Assembly (NCBI GenBank): GCA_965366355.1
Contig: CBDUEZ010000001.1
Span: 1 to 54,777 of the forward strand
Reading direction: 5' to 3'
Length of the DNA stretch: 54,777 nucleotides
From: an uncultured bacterium
GTDB taxonomy: Bacteria; Gemmatimonadota; Gemmatimonadetes; Longimicrobiales; Gaopeijiaceae
Positions 6,448 to 15,877 of this stretch are shown here, piece after piece. The translations under genes were made by a program, and so were the position numbers. How positions within the stretch are numbered: position 1 is the stretch's first letter; the number at the start of each line of letters is the position of its first letter. The notes below the pieces were generated by a model. The model searched no databases and had not been told where the DNA came from. It was given only the letters and a program-made list of their open reading frames with translations.

Positions 6448-9024
6448 GTGACCGACGACAAACTCCGACGCTACCGCGAGAAACGGGAGGCCGGACAGAC
6501 GCCGGAGCCTTTCGGAGGCTCGCCCACCGCCGCCGGGTCGCGGATGTTCGTCGTGCAGATGCACGCGGCCCGCAATCTCCACTGGGACCTGCGCCTGGAG
6601 ATGGGAGGAGCGCTCGAGAGTTGGGCCGTACCGAAGGGGCCGTCACCAAACCCGGCCGACAAGCGGCTCGCCATGCATGTGGAGCCGCACCCGCTCGAGT
6701 ATGCCGATTTCGAGGGGGTCATTCCCGAGGGTCAGTACGGCGCGGGACCCTCGATCTGCTGGGACCGAGGGGTGTGGATCGAGATTCCCGAAAAGCCGGG
6801 CGGACCGAAGCACGGAATCGAACACGGCAAGCTCCTCTTCGAGCTTCGTGGCTACAAGCTGAAGGGACTCTGGACCCTGGTCCACACACCCCGAAACGGC
6901 GAAAACCACTGGCTCCTGATCAAGGAACACGACGCCCTCGTCGACGAACGCGGCACGGATCTCTACCCCCGCGATTCGATTCTCTCGGGTCTGACGGTCG
7001 AGGAACTCGCCGATCCGGCGAGCAAGCAGAGCCGCCTCGTGACGGAGGCGAAGGCGGCAGGGGCCGTCGAGTCGGTGGTGGCGGCAGAGGGCCTCGAGTT
7101 GATGCTCGCAACGGCGCTGGACGAACCCTTCTCGAAAGACGGCTGGGTCTTTGAGATCAAGTACGACGGCTATCGCATCGCTGCGGCGCGATCCGGCACC
7201 AACGCCCGCCTCTGGTCGAGAAACGGCAACGATCTCACCGACACGTTTCCAGAGATTGCACGGGCCGTTCGCGGACTCCCATTCCCCGGGACGATTCTCG
7301 ACGGTGAGGTCGTCGTGCACGATGCGACGGGTATGCCGTCGTTCGCTCTCCTCCAGAAACGGGGGCGTCTCACCCGGAGGGCCGACGTGGCTGCGGCCGC
7401 GGTGCAACTGCCCGCGACATACTATGCCTTCGACCTTCTGGCCTTCGGTGGCCTCGACCTACGCGGGCTTCCATTGGTCGACCGCAAACGATTGCTGCGA
7501 GAGGTTCTCCCGACGGTGGGCCCCGTTCGGTATTCCGAACACATCGACCGCGAGGGAATCGCGGTCTTCGAACATGCGGCGCGACTCGGGATCGAAGGCG
7601 TCGTCGCCAAACGGGCAGCGGCCCCGTACGCGAGGGGCCGTTCGTCGGATTGGTTGAAGATCCGCACCGTAAGAACCGACGACTTCGTGGTGGTCGGTTG
7701 GACCGACCCCAAAGGCACGCGACAGGGGTTCGGCGCCCTGCATCTCGGCTGCTGGACCTCACCTCCCGCCGATGATCCGGGCGCCCGGCTCCTCTATGCG
7801 GGTTCGGTCGGCACCGGCTTCAGCGGATCGGACCTCGACGATTTCGGGGTGGCCCTCGAACCGCTCGCCCGTCCGGAGCCGGCGGTCGTGGGCGACGGGG
7901 TTCCCGACGGTTCCGGGCATCATTGGGTCGAGCCCCGGCTGGTGGTCGAGGTGCGGTACAAGGAACTCACGCCGGCCGGCCATCTGCGCCACCCTTCGTT
8001 CCTTGCGCGCCGACTCGACAAAGATCCCACCGAGTGCGTCTGGCCCGACGGGGGGGCCGGCGCACCGCGATCGGCCGACCCCGAACGCGATGCCGAGGCC
8101 CTTCTACCGGCCCCGGGGCCGGTTACGGGCGCCGTGCCGAGCGAAGTCGCCGTGACGAACGTCGACAAGATTCTCTACCCCGAGCGCGAACTCTCGAAAG
8201 GGACGGTACTGGACTACTACGATGCGATCGCACCGTGGATGCTCCCCTATCTCGAAGACCGATGTCTGGTCCTCACACGGTATCCCGACGGCATCCACTC
8301 GACGTCGTTCTACCAGAAGAACGCTCCCGACTGGGCGCCCGACTGGATCCGGACCGAGACGGTCTATAGCGAGGGCAGCGCGCGCGATCTGGACTATTTC
8401 GTGATCGACGACGCCATGGGACTGAAGTACGTCGCCAACTCCGCGGCTCTACTTCTGCACATCTGGGGAGCGCGCGTCGGATCCCTCTCGCATCCGGATT
8501 GGTGCATTCTCGACCTCGATCCCAAAGAGGCCCCCTTCGCGCATGTGGTCGAGCTCGCCCTGGCCATCAAGGAGATCGGAGACGATATCGGACTCCCGCT
8601 CTACGTAAAGACGAGTGGCTCCTCGGGTCTGCATCTCCTCGTTCCGCTGGGTCGCCGCCTGACCCACGAACAGACCAAACAGCTGGGGCAACTCCTGGCC
8701 ACGGTCGCGGTGCAGGAGAGAGGAGACATCGCCACCATCGACCGAGTCATCGAGCGACGAGACGGCAAGGTGTATGTCGACTTTCTTCAGAACGGGTGGG
8801 GAAAACTTCTCGTGGCACCGTTCTCGACGCGGCCGGTGCCCGAGGCCGCCGTGAGCATGCCGTTGGAATGGGCCGAAGTAGACTCCTCACTCGGCCCTCG
8901 CGATTTCACGATTACGAACGCGGTCGCCCGAATGGAAGCGATGGGGCGCGACCCGCTTCGGCCCGTCCTCGACGAAGCTCCAGATCTCCTGCGAGCCCTG
9001 GAACGTCTACTCGCGCGGGTGTGA
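6448..9024 (+). CDS. ligD: Multifunctional DNA ligase D (phosphoesterase-ligase-polymerase)
   Basis: From GTG 6448 (MTDDKLRRYREKR). PE domain: FVVQMHAARNLHWDLRLE, SWAVPKGPS. Ligase: EIKYDGYR, EGVVAKR, WLKIR. Polymerase: RYPDGI, FYQKN, LDLDP, KTSGSSGLH, VDFLQN. Confidence 0.97.
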   Translation: MTDDKLRRYREKREAGQTPEPFGGSPTAAGSRMFVVQMHAARNLHWDLRLEMGGALESWAVPKGPSPNPADKRLAMHVEPHPLEYADFEGVIPEGQYGAGPSICWDRGVWIEIPEKPGGPKHGIEHGKLLFELRGYKLKGLWTLVHTPRNGENHWLLIKEHDALVDERGTDLYPRDSILSGLTVEELADPASKQSRLVTEAKAAGAVESVVAAEGLELMLATALDEPFSKDGWVFEIKYDGYRIAAARSGTNARLWSRNGNDLTDTFPEIARAVRGLPFPGTILDGEVVVHDATGMPSFALLQKRGRLTRRADVAAAAVQLPATYYAFDLLAFGGLDLRGLPLVDRKRLLREVLPTVGPVRYSEHIDREGIAVFEHAARLGIEGVVAKRAAAPYARGRSSDWLKIRTVRTDDFVVVGWTDPKGTRQGFGALHLGCWTSPPADDPGARLLYAGSVGTGFSGSDLDDFGVALEPLARPEPAVVGDGVPDGSGHHWVEPRLVVEVRYKELTPAGHLRHPSFLARRLDKDPTECVWPDGGAGAPRSADPERDAEALLPAPGPVTGAVPSEVAVTNVDKILYPERELSKGTVLDYYDAIAPWMLPYLEDRCLVLTRYPDGIHSTSFYQKNAPDWAPDWIRTETVYSEGSARDLDYFVIDDAMGLKYVANSAALLLHIWGARVGSLSHPDWCILDLDPKEAPFAHVVELALAIKEIGDDIGLPLYVKTSGSSGLHLLVPLGRRLTHEQTKQLGQLLATVAVQERGDIATIDRVIERRDGKVYVDFLQNGWGKLLVAPFSTRPVPEAAVSMPLEWAEVDSSLGPRDFTITNAVARMEAMGRDPLRPVLDEAPDLLRALERLLARV

Positions 9025-11436
9025 TCGCGGCACTGCGAGGAGTTCGCGCACGCGGCGGTACAACTGCTCTCGCCGATAGGGCTTCTTCAAGAGGGGAAGA
9101 TCGTCGCGTTCGGCCAGGGGCCCGGCGGCGTCGAGATACCCGGTCGAGAGAATAATGGGAAGCCCGGGGTCGAGAGCTCGGAGCGCCTGGGCTGCCTCCG
9201 CCCCTCCCATGCGAGGCATGGTCAGGTCCATCAGCACGAGGTCGATCCCCGTCGGGTTCTCCTGATAGCGCTCGAGGGCCTCGAGCCCGTCCCGGGCGAG
9301 GATGACCTCCATGCCGAGCACCTGAAGCATGGTCTCAGCCACCTCTCTCACGGTTTCTTCATCGTCGACCACGAGCACCGTGCCCGACATCTCGCCGCTC
9401 TCGACAAGGTCGAACTGGGGAGCGCTCACACTCGCGCGCTCGTGTTCCGGGAGGGCCGGTAGGAGCACCTGAATCTCGCTGCCCCGCCCCTTGGTCGTGC
9501 GGAGCGTCAGAGCTCCTTTGTGCCCCCTCACGATTCCAAGAACGGCCGCCAGGCCCAGCCCGCGGCCCCGCGCCTTCGTGCTGAAGAAGGGATCGAAGAT
9601 GCGCTGGCGGGTTTCTTCGTCCATCCCGACCCCTGTGTCGGCCACTCGGATACCGGCCCAGGGTCCGGTCTCGGGTCGGGCATCGACGACGGCGTCCTTC
9701 TCGCGCACCGGATCGGCCTCGGTGTGGAAGGTGGCAATCTCGATCCACCCCCGTCGCCCTCCGACCGCGTCGGCCGCATTGGTCAGCAGATTCAGAACAA
9801 CCTGCCGCAGTTGCACCACGTCGCCTCGAACGGCCGGGAGTCTCGGCGCGAGACGAAGAGTCAGTTCCGCCGTCGGCGGCAGCGAGACCTCCATCAGCTC
9901 GGTCATCTCCTGAACGACCTCGTTCAGATCGACGGGCTCAACGGTAGATCGTCCCTTTCCGGCATACGCCAGCATCTGCTGGCATAGATCCGCGGCCCGC
10001 TGCGACGCCCGCAGCACTTCCTCCACGTGGTCTCGGGCCGGGTGTTCGGCCTCCAGGACCGTCTCCGCCAGGTCGGCATTGCCCATGATCGCCACGAGCA
10101 GATTGTTGAAGTCGTGCGCGATGCCGCCCGCGAGCAACCCCAGGCTCTCGAGGCGTTTGGTCTGCTGTACCTGCTCCTCGAGTCGGCGGCGTTCAGTCAG
10201 GTCTCGAAGGGCCCAGATGCGGCCCGAGACCCAGCCGGTACGCAGTAGCGGAGCGGCGAACCGCTCGAAGACACGGCCGTCGTCGAGCGACACCTCGTCG
10301 AGAATTTGACGATCGGAGCCGAGCAGCTGAGGAAGGGCCTCGTCTTCGACTTCGAGGAACGCCTTCACCCGCGGATCCTCGTGGCTGAGCATTCGGGGCG
10401 CGGTCTCTCGGCCCTCGGGGTCCCAGAGTTTGGCGAACCGCTGATTGGCAAACGAAACGCGCCCGGCTGTGTCGGCGGCCACGATGGCGTCGGCCGTCGC
10501 CTCGAGAACCGAGCGCATTCTCTCCTGCGTGCGCTCGAGAGCCCGCCCACTTCGCTTGCGGTCCTCCACCACACCGGCGACCACCAGCGATGTAATCGTG
10601 TTGATCGCCACGAAGAGCCAGAGTTGAAACAGCCGTTCGTTGGTCGACAGGACCGGGGTGGAGAAGGGTCCGGTGTCGAGAGCCGTCGCTCCCATGGCCA
10701 CGGCCGACAGGATCAGGTTCGCCGCCGCCGCCCCGGGTACGCCGAATCGGATTCCCGCCCAGATCAATAGGGGGAAGGGAGCATAGAGCAGGCGTCGCCC
10801 TGGCGTGGCCGGGTCGTAGGTCCAGAAGATCAGAAGTCCGAGCACGGCAACCGAGATCATGGCGACGGCCGCCTCGGCCACTCGCGGGACCGACCATGTG
10901 CGGGGCTCACTGAGCGCCATGATCAGGGGCGCCAGGAGGACCATACCGTTCGCGTGGGTGAGCCACCACAGAACGGGTACCGACCCGAAGACCGACCAGG
11001 GCGCGCCTTCGAACAGAACCAGCGCCACGGTCGCCAGGCCCGAGCTTACCCCCGCAGACAGCCCGGCCGCGAGCACCACCAGGGCCGCGATGTCGACGCC
11101 GCTCTTCAGACCCTCGTCTACCCCGACTCGCCGAAGCAGAAGTCCGGCGACGACGGCTTCGAGCGAGTTGATCACTCCGGTAGCCAATGCGTACGGGAGC
11201 GCACCACCGGTGATGCCCGTGACGAGGACTTCACCGATAAACACAAGGGGCCAGGCGCGCACCCCAAGACGCAGGATCGCCGCCAGCGCCACCCCGCTTC
11301 CCAACCATACGACCCGGCTCAAGTCGAGGTCGAGGCCGAACCACTGGGGCTCCAGTGTCACCAACCCGAGAAGCAGGTACCCGACCAGATAGCCCGCCGC
11401 GGGCAGGGCGATGGATTGGTGGGGGCGAGCGGTCAC
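9007..11436 (-). CDS. MASE1-PAS hybrid sensor histidine kinase/response regulator
   Basis: Multi-TM MASE1-like N-terminus. Kinase motifs LAGGIAHDFNNLL, QVVLNLLTNA, DTGVGM, FDPFFSTK, GRGLGL. Receiver motifs LVVDDE, LMDLTMP, KKP. Confidence 0.93.
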   Translation of the reverse strand: MTARPHQSIALPAAGYLVGYLLLGLVTLEPQWFGLDLDLSRVVWLGSGVALAAILRLGVRAWPLVFIGEVLVTGITGGALPYALATGVINSLEAVVAGLLLRRVGVDEGLKSGVDIAALVVLAAGLSAGVSSGLATVALVLFEGAPWSVFGSVPVLWWLTHANGMVLLAPLIMALSEPRTWSVPRVAEAAVAMISVAVLGLLIFWTYDPATPGRRLLYAPFPLLIWAGIRFGVPGAAAANLILSAVAMGATALDTGPFSTPVLSTNERLFQLWLFVAINTITSLVVAGVVEDRKRSGRALERTQERMRSVLEATADAIVAADTAGRVSFANQRFAKLWDPEGRETAPRMLSHEDPRVKAFLEVEDEALPQLLGSDRQILDEVSLDDGRVFERFAAPLLRTGWVSGRIWALRDLTERRRLEEQVQQTKRLESLGLLAGGIAHDFNNLLVAIMGNADLAETVLEAEHPARDHVEEVLRASQRAADLCQQMLAYAGKGRSTVEPVDLNEVVQEMTELMEVSLPPTAELTLRLAPRLPAVRGDVVQLRQVVLNLLTNAADAVGGRRGWIEIATFHTEADPVREKDAVVDARPETGPWAGIRVADTGVGMDEETRQRIFDPFFSTKARGRGLGLAAVLGIVRGHKGALTLRTTKGRGSEIQVLLPALPEHERASVSAPQFDLVESGEMSGTVLVVDDEETVREVAETMLQVLGMEVILARDGLEALERYQENPTGIDLVLMDLTMPRMGGAEAAQALRALDPGLPIILSTGYLDAAGPLAERDDLPLLKKPYRREQLYRRVRELLAVPRSHPRE

Positions 11437-11599
11437 GGGAGGAATCCCGGAAGATGCGAGGGGGGCGAGACCCGGAATGATGCACCCCCGAGGCCGCGCC
11501 TAGCAACGAGCGCCGGTCGCCGCCCCCTTGCGGCAAGGGCGCCGACACCGACTCTTGCGGATCGATTCGCGTTCGTGCTCACCCCCCATTGGAGGCCCG

Positions 11600-12424
11600 A
11601 TGCTCCGTCAGACGATGGCACGCCGCCCGATTTCGACCCTCGCCCTCGTCGCCTCGACACTTCTGACGGCCTCGTGTGGCGGAGATTCGCCCGACAACGC
11701 CGTCGAGGACGACGGAGGGGTCGGCCCCCCGGCCTCGCTTTCAGACCGCCTGGCTGATGGAGATGTGCTTCTCGGAGTGTTCTCTGGTCCGATGACCCCG
11801 GAACAGGGTGCGGCAATCGTCACTGAACGGGACGCCGACTTCGTGCTCTATTCGATGGAGTCCGGTCCCTTCGATCTCGCCGCGATGAATGCATACATGG
11901 AGGGTATGCGGATGGGGGCGAGCGGTCAGGGCGCATCGCCCCAGCCCGTTCTTCTGCGCGTGCCTGCGATCCACACGGATCGCGAGGGCGCCGCGACCCG
12001 TCTCCCCGAGGCGCTCGCGACCGACATCGCCGGCATCGTTTTTCCGCACGTGACCACGGCCCTCGAAGCGGCCGAATCGGTTGCCCTCATGGGCGCCCCG
12101 TGGCCGTTGGGAGACGCCGGCCTCAACGTCCTCATCGTGGAGGATCGGGAAGGAGTCTCCAACGTCAGGGAGATCATGGCGACGCCTGGTTTGTCGGTGG
12201 TCTTTGCAGGTCCAGGCGACCTTCGGCAGGCCTACGATGGCGACATGGCGGCGGTCGAGAATGCGATCCAGGCGGTGTTGTCAGCCTGCCTGGAATTTGA
12301 GGTGGCCTGCGGAGTCACGGCGGGAGTCGACGACATCGCGACGCGACTGGATCAGGGATTTCGCGTGATCATCGTCACGGATTCCGCGGCCCTTCCCGTG
12401 GGCCGCGCCCACGTTCGACCCTGA
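11600..12424 (+). CDS. HpcH/HpaI aldolase-citrate lyase family protein with a lipoprotein signal
   Basis: Motifs LLRVP, GIVFPHV, IVEDREGVSNVREI and FAGPGDL. Lipobox LTASC. The start is ATG 11600 or 11615. Confidence 0.78.
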   Translation: MLRQTMARRPISTLALVASTLLTASCGGDSPDNAVEDDGGVGPPASLSDRLADGDVLLGVFSGPMTPEQGAAIVTERDADFVLYSMESGPFDLAAMNAYMEGMRMGASGQGASPQPVLLRVPAIHTDREGAATRLPEALATDIAGIVFPHVTTALEAAESVALMGAPWPLGDAGLNVLIVEDREGVSNVREIMATPGLSVVFAGPGDLRQAYDGDMAAVENAIQAVLSACLEFEVACGVTAGVDDIATRLDQGFRVIIVTDSAALPVGRAHVRP

Positions 12425-12450
12425 CCGCACGGTTCAAGGCATTGAACGAC

Positions 12451-12489
12451 AAAAAAGGGCCGGACCGCGTCTCGCGGTCCGGCCCTTTT
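12451..12489. terminator. Bidirectional intrinsic terminator
   Basis: AAAAAAGGGCCGGACCGCG-TCT-CGCGGTCCGGCCCTTTT lies between convergent genes. The tail is T6 on the minus strand and T4 on the plus strand. Confidence 0.88.
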
Positions 12490-12509
12490 GTCGCTGACCC
12501 GATGGGGCG

Positions 12510-14450
12510 TCAGCAGCTCCGGCACTTGTTGTTGTTGACCGCACCGAGGCTGACCAGCAGTTCGAGGGCCTCCGGGAACGGCTGAACCCGGGACTGGGGC
12601 CCGTTGGCCATATCGGCCGTCGTCTGACCCCGGCGGCTGACCAGGGTGACATCGGCGCCCTTCTCGACCAGATACATGATCAACTCGGTGTCGCCGCGAG
12701 CCGCCGCGTGGTGCACCGCCGAGTAACCGTCGTGGTCACGCGCGTCGACCTCGACCCCCAGCTCCTCGACGAGGTACTTCACGGCCGGAAGCCAACCATC
12801 GGGCACATACCGATGGGAGTTCGCGGCAAAGTTCTGCCCGTAGCCAACCCCCGACGCGGCGTGGATCGGGTAGACACCCGGGCCCCCCGCGGGAATCGGC
12901 TCGAGGCCCGACGGATCTTCGTCGGGGGTATCACCACCGCCACCACGACGCGCCCGCTGCGCCGGCTTCCGGGTCGGAATGGTGTGGTCCGCCCCATTCG
13001 CGACCAGAAGCTTCATGGCCTGCACGTCGGTCGCATACGCCGCTCTCCAGAAGGCGGTCGCACCGTCCACGTTGATGCCGAGCAGGTCGAAGTTGTACGA
13101 CATGTACCAGATGTGCTTCGAAACGCGCGCATTCGGGTCGGCGCCCGCGTCGAGGAGAATCTGCATGAAGTCGAGGTAAGACAGCGTCTGCTGCTCGTAC
13201 GCCCGCGGCTGCGGGTAGAGGGCCTTCGGCGCCCAGTACACGTTGATCGCGGCGAACAGCGGGGTCGCGCCAGCGTGCGACGGCAGGTTGACGTCGGCTC
13301 CCATGGCCACGAACTCGGCGGCCATGTCGTAGTGGCCGTTGATGGTCGCCAGAAGCACCGGGCTGGTATGATCGCCGCCAGTCACCAGGTTGAGTTCAGC
13401 GCCCGCGTCGAGGAGCGCCATCGCCGTCTCGGTGTGGCCCTGCCGCACCGCGTGGTGAAGCGCCGTCAGGCCACCATGGCCGCCGACGAGATCGTCGTAG
13501 CCGAGCGGCTCCGGATCGGGGTCGTCGTCTTCGTCCTCGTCGTCTTTTTCGTCTTCAATGGCGGGAGGCGGAGCGACGGCGTCCTGGTCGGGCACGACCT
13601 GGGCCTGCTCGTCCTCGGCCTTTTCCTCCTCGTCGGCCTTCGCTTCCTCGTCATCGGCCTTCGCTTCCTCGTCATCGGCCTTCGCTTCCTCGTCATCGGC
13701 GGCGGCGACCTCTTCTTCGTCATCCGCGGCCGGCTCGGCCCACGACTCCTGGCCCGCCGTGGCGTCGGCCAGGGCCTGAGCCCTGATCGCGGCCATCCGC
13801 TCCCCGCGCGCGCGCCCTTCGATCGCGTCTTCAGCCGTCAGCGTCTCGATCATGACGACCTTCGACATCGCGTCGATCTCGGCGCCCGCGAGAATCAAGA
13901 GCTTCGCGGCCTCGGTGCGACCCTGGTCTGCAGCCCACATGAGGGGCGTCTGCTCCCAGCGAACCTCTTTGGCGTCGACCTCAGCGCCATGGTCGAGCAG
14001 AGCGCTGACCGCTTCGGCGCTGCCCGACGAAGCCGCCAGGTGAAGCGCGGTCACACCGGTGCCCGTCCGTGCGTCGACGTCGGCTCCAGCCTCGAGCAGG
14101 TGGCTCACGATGACCCCCTGACCCGCCCGCGCGCCGACCATGAGGGGGGTGTAGGCACCCACGCGCGTCGTCGGTCCCACATTGGCCCCGGCATAGATCA
14201 ACATGTCCGCCAACTCGACATGTCCGTGCTCGGCCGCCCAATGGAGCGCCGTCATTCCGTCACCCTGAGCCGCGTTGACGTCTGCCCCCCCCTGAAGGAG
14301 TGAACGGACCGCAGCCACGTCTTCTCGCATGGCCGCGTCAGCGACCGGCGCCTCCGTGTCGGCTCCGGTCATCAGGAGAAGGGCCGCCAGCGCCACGAGC
14401 GCGTCGACCCGAAAGCGCCTCCGCGGGGAGGCGGTCGTCATCTGATTCAT
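12510..14450 (-). CDS. Exported ankyrin-repeat protein
   Basis: Many ANK repeats (DGMTALHWAA, TPLMVGA, TALHLAA, TPLMWAA, TALHHAV, TPLFAA, SAVHHAAARG). Signal-like N-terminus and C-terminal CRSC. ATG 14450 overlaps the upstream stop (ATGA). Confidence 0.92.
   Translation of the reverse strand: MNQMTTASPRRRFRVDALVALAALLLMTGADTEAPVADAAMREDVAAVRSLLQGGADVNAAQGDGMTALHWAAEHGHVELADMLIYAGANVGPTTRVGAYTPLMVGARAGQGVIVSHLLEAGADVDARTGTGVTALHLAASSGSAEAVSALLDHGAEVDAKEVRWEQTPLMWAADQGRTEAAKLLILAGAEIDAMSKVVMIETLTAEDAIEGRARGERMAAIRAQALADATAGQESWAEPAADDEEEVAAADDEEAKADDEEAKADDEEAKADEEEKAEDEQAQVVPDQDAVAPPPAIEDEKDDEDEDDDPDPEPLGYDDLVGGHGGLTALHHAVRQGHTETAMALLDAGAELNLVTGGDHTSPVLLATINGHYDMAAEFVAMGADVNLPSHAGATPLFAAINVYWAPKALYPQPRAYEQQTLSYLDFMQILLDAGADPNARVSKHIWYMSYNFDLLGINVDGATAFWRAAYATDVQAMKLLVANGADHTIPTRKPAQRARRGGGGDTPDEDPSGLEPIPAGGPGVYPIHAASGVGYGQNFAANSHRYVPDGWLPAVKYLVEELGVEVDARDHDGYSAVHHAAARGDTELIMYLVEKGADVTLVSRRGQTTADMANGPQSRVQPFPEALELLVSLGAVNNNKCRSC
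13637..13699. repeat. Three perfect 21-bp tandem repeats encoding (ADDEEAK)n inside the ankyrin gene
   Basis: CCTTCGCTTCCTCGTCATCGG at 13637, 13658 and 13679, with degenerate flanking copies. Confidence 0.95.
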
Positions 14451-15856
14451 CCTGCCTCCGCTGCTACACCGGGATTGGTGAAGGAGAACTCGCCCGTGCT
14501 GTCGCCGAACGACGCCATGTCTTCGAGTCCAAGACGATGCATCAGCGACAGCATCACGTTCGCCATCGGCGTGCCGTCCTCGGCTCGCAAGTGCATCCCA
14601 CCGTCCAGCTGTCCGTTGTTTCCGCCGAGAATGACCAGCGGGCACCGCTTGTGGTTGTGAACGTTCGGGTCGCCCATCGGAGACCCGTAGATGATCGTCG
14701 TCTTGTCGAGCAGGCTCGAGTCACCCTCCTGGATCTCGGCAAGCCGGTCGAGGAAGTACGGCAGCATCGCGACATGGTAGCGATTGATCTGCGCGAAGTC
14801 CTTGATGTTGTCGACGTTGTCGCCATGGTGCGAGGCGGGGTGGAACGGCTTGTCGACACCACTGGCGGGGTAGACTCTCGAGGACCCGTCGCGTCCCATC
14901 TTGAAGGAGAAGACGCGAGTGACATCTGATGCGAACGCCAGAGCCTGCAGGTCGAACATGAGCATGACGTGCTCATCGAACGAGTCGGGAACACCGGCCG
15001 GCGCCGAGGGCAACTCACGAACGGCCCCGCTCCGGTTCTGCGTTTCCACCATCTCGATCCGACGCTCGATCTCACGGATGTTTTCGAGGTAGCGATCGAT
15101 GCGACGCTGGTCTTCGACTCCCACCGCCCGCTTGATCGAAGCGATCTGCTGCGGCACCCAGTCGAGAATGCTCATGTTCGTCTTGCGACGAAGCGCGCGC
15201 TGCTCCTCCGTGCCACCGGCCCCGAAGAGCTGGTCGAAGACGACCCGCGGATCGCGGATCATGGGAAGCGGCTCCGACTCCGAGGCCCAACTCACCGTGT
15301 CGGTGTAGACGCAGGCGTACCCGTATGCGCAGCCACCCGCCTGGTCGACCGGCTCGATGCACAACTGCATCGAGGGGATCGGCGTCGTCTGACCGTATCG
15401 GTCAGCGAACATCTGATCGAGGGATTGCCCGACCTTGACGTCGGAGCCCTCGGTCTGGTGGGGCCGCTGCTGGGTGAGGAACACGGCACTCGAGCGGAAG
15501 TGGTCCCCCCCGATTTCTTCGGGCTCGAAAGCCTCGGCCATCCGGACGTCGGTGTTCGACACGATGGTCATGTACTGCCGATAGGCATCGAGGGGGCTCA
15601 ACGCGCTCCCACTGAGATCGAAATCCCGGCCGACCCCGGCCGGCGCCCAAAGGTTGTTTTCCAGTCCGTACTTCGCGGCGCCCGCGGATCCGTGAACCAT
15701 TTCGATGGCCACCAGGCGAGTCCGCTCAGCCTCGGCGCGCACCTGGCCCATGATGCGGCCCGCGGGTGTCATGGCGTCGAGAAGCGGTAGAGAGATCGTC
15801 GCACCGAGTCCCCGCAAGAAGGTGCGGCGGGGCATGTGCTTTCCAGTAATGAACAT
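14447..15856 (-). CDS. DUF1552-family protein
   Basis: N-terminus MFITGKHMPRRTFLRGLGATISLPLLDAM. Motifs SLDQ, GYACVYTDTVSW, DPRVVFDQLFG, ALAFASDVTRV, HPASHH and SLLDKT. Confidence 0.88.
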   Translation of the reverse strand: MFITGKHMPRRTFLRGLGATISLPLLDAMTPAGRIMGQVRAEAERTRLVAIEMVHGSAGAAKYGLENNLWAPAGVGRDFDLSGSALSPLDAYRQYMTIVSNTDVRMAEAFEPEEIGGDHFRSSAVFLTQQRPHQTEGSDVKVGQSLDQMFADRYGQTTPIPSMQLCIEPVDQAGGCAYGYACVYTDTVSWASESEPLPMIRDPRVVFDQLFGAGGTEEQRALRRKTNMSILDWVPQQIASIKRAVGVEDQRRIDRYLENIREIERRIEMVETQNRSGAVRELPSAPAGVPDSFDEHVMLMFDLQALAFASDVTRVFSFKMGRDGSSRVYPASGVDKPFHPASHHGDNVDNIKDFAQINRYHVAMLPYFLDRLAEIQEGDSSLLDKTTIIYGSPMGDPNVHNHKRCPLVILGGNNGQLDGGMHLRAEDGTPMANVMLSLMHRLGLEDMASFGDSTGEFSFTNPGVAAEAG

Positions 15857-15877
15857 GGCGTTATCTCGGGTAGGGGA

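Noticed and set aside
4269-9024. Prophage or mobile-element origin for ku/ligD
   Set aside because: No integrase, transposase, att-like repeats or evident compositional shift.
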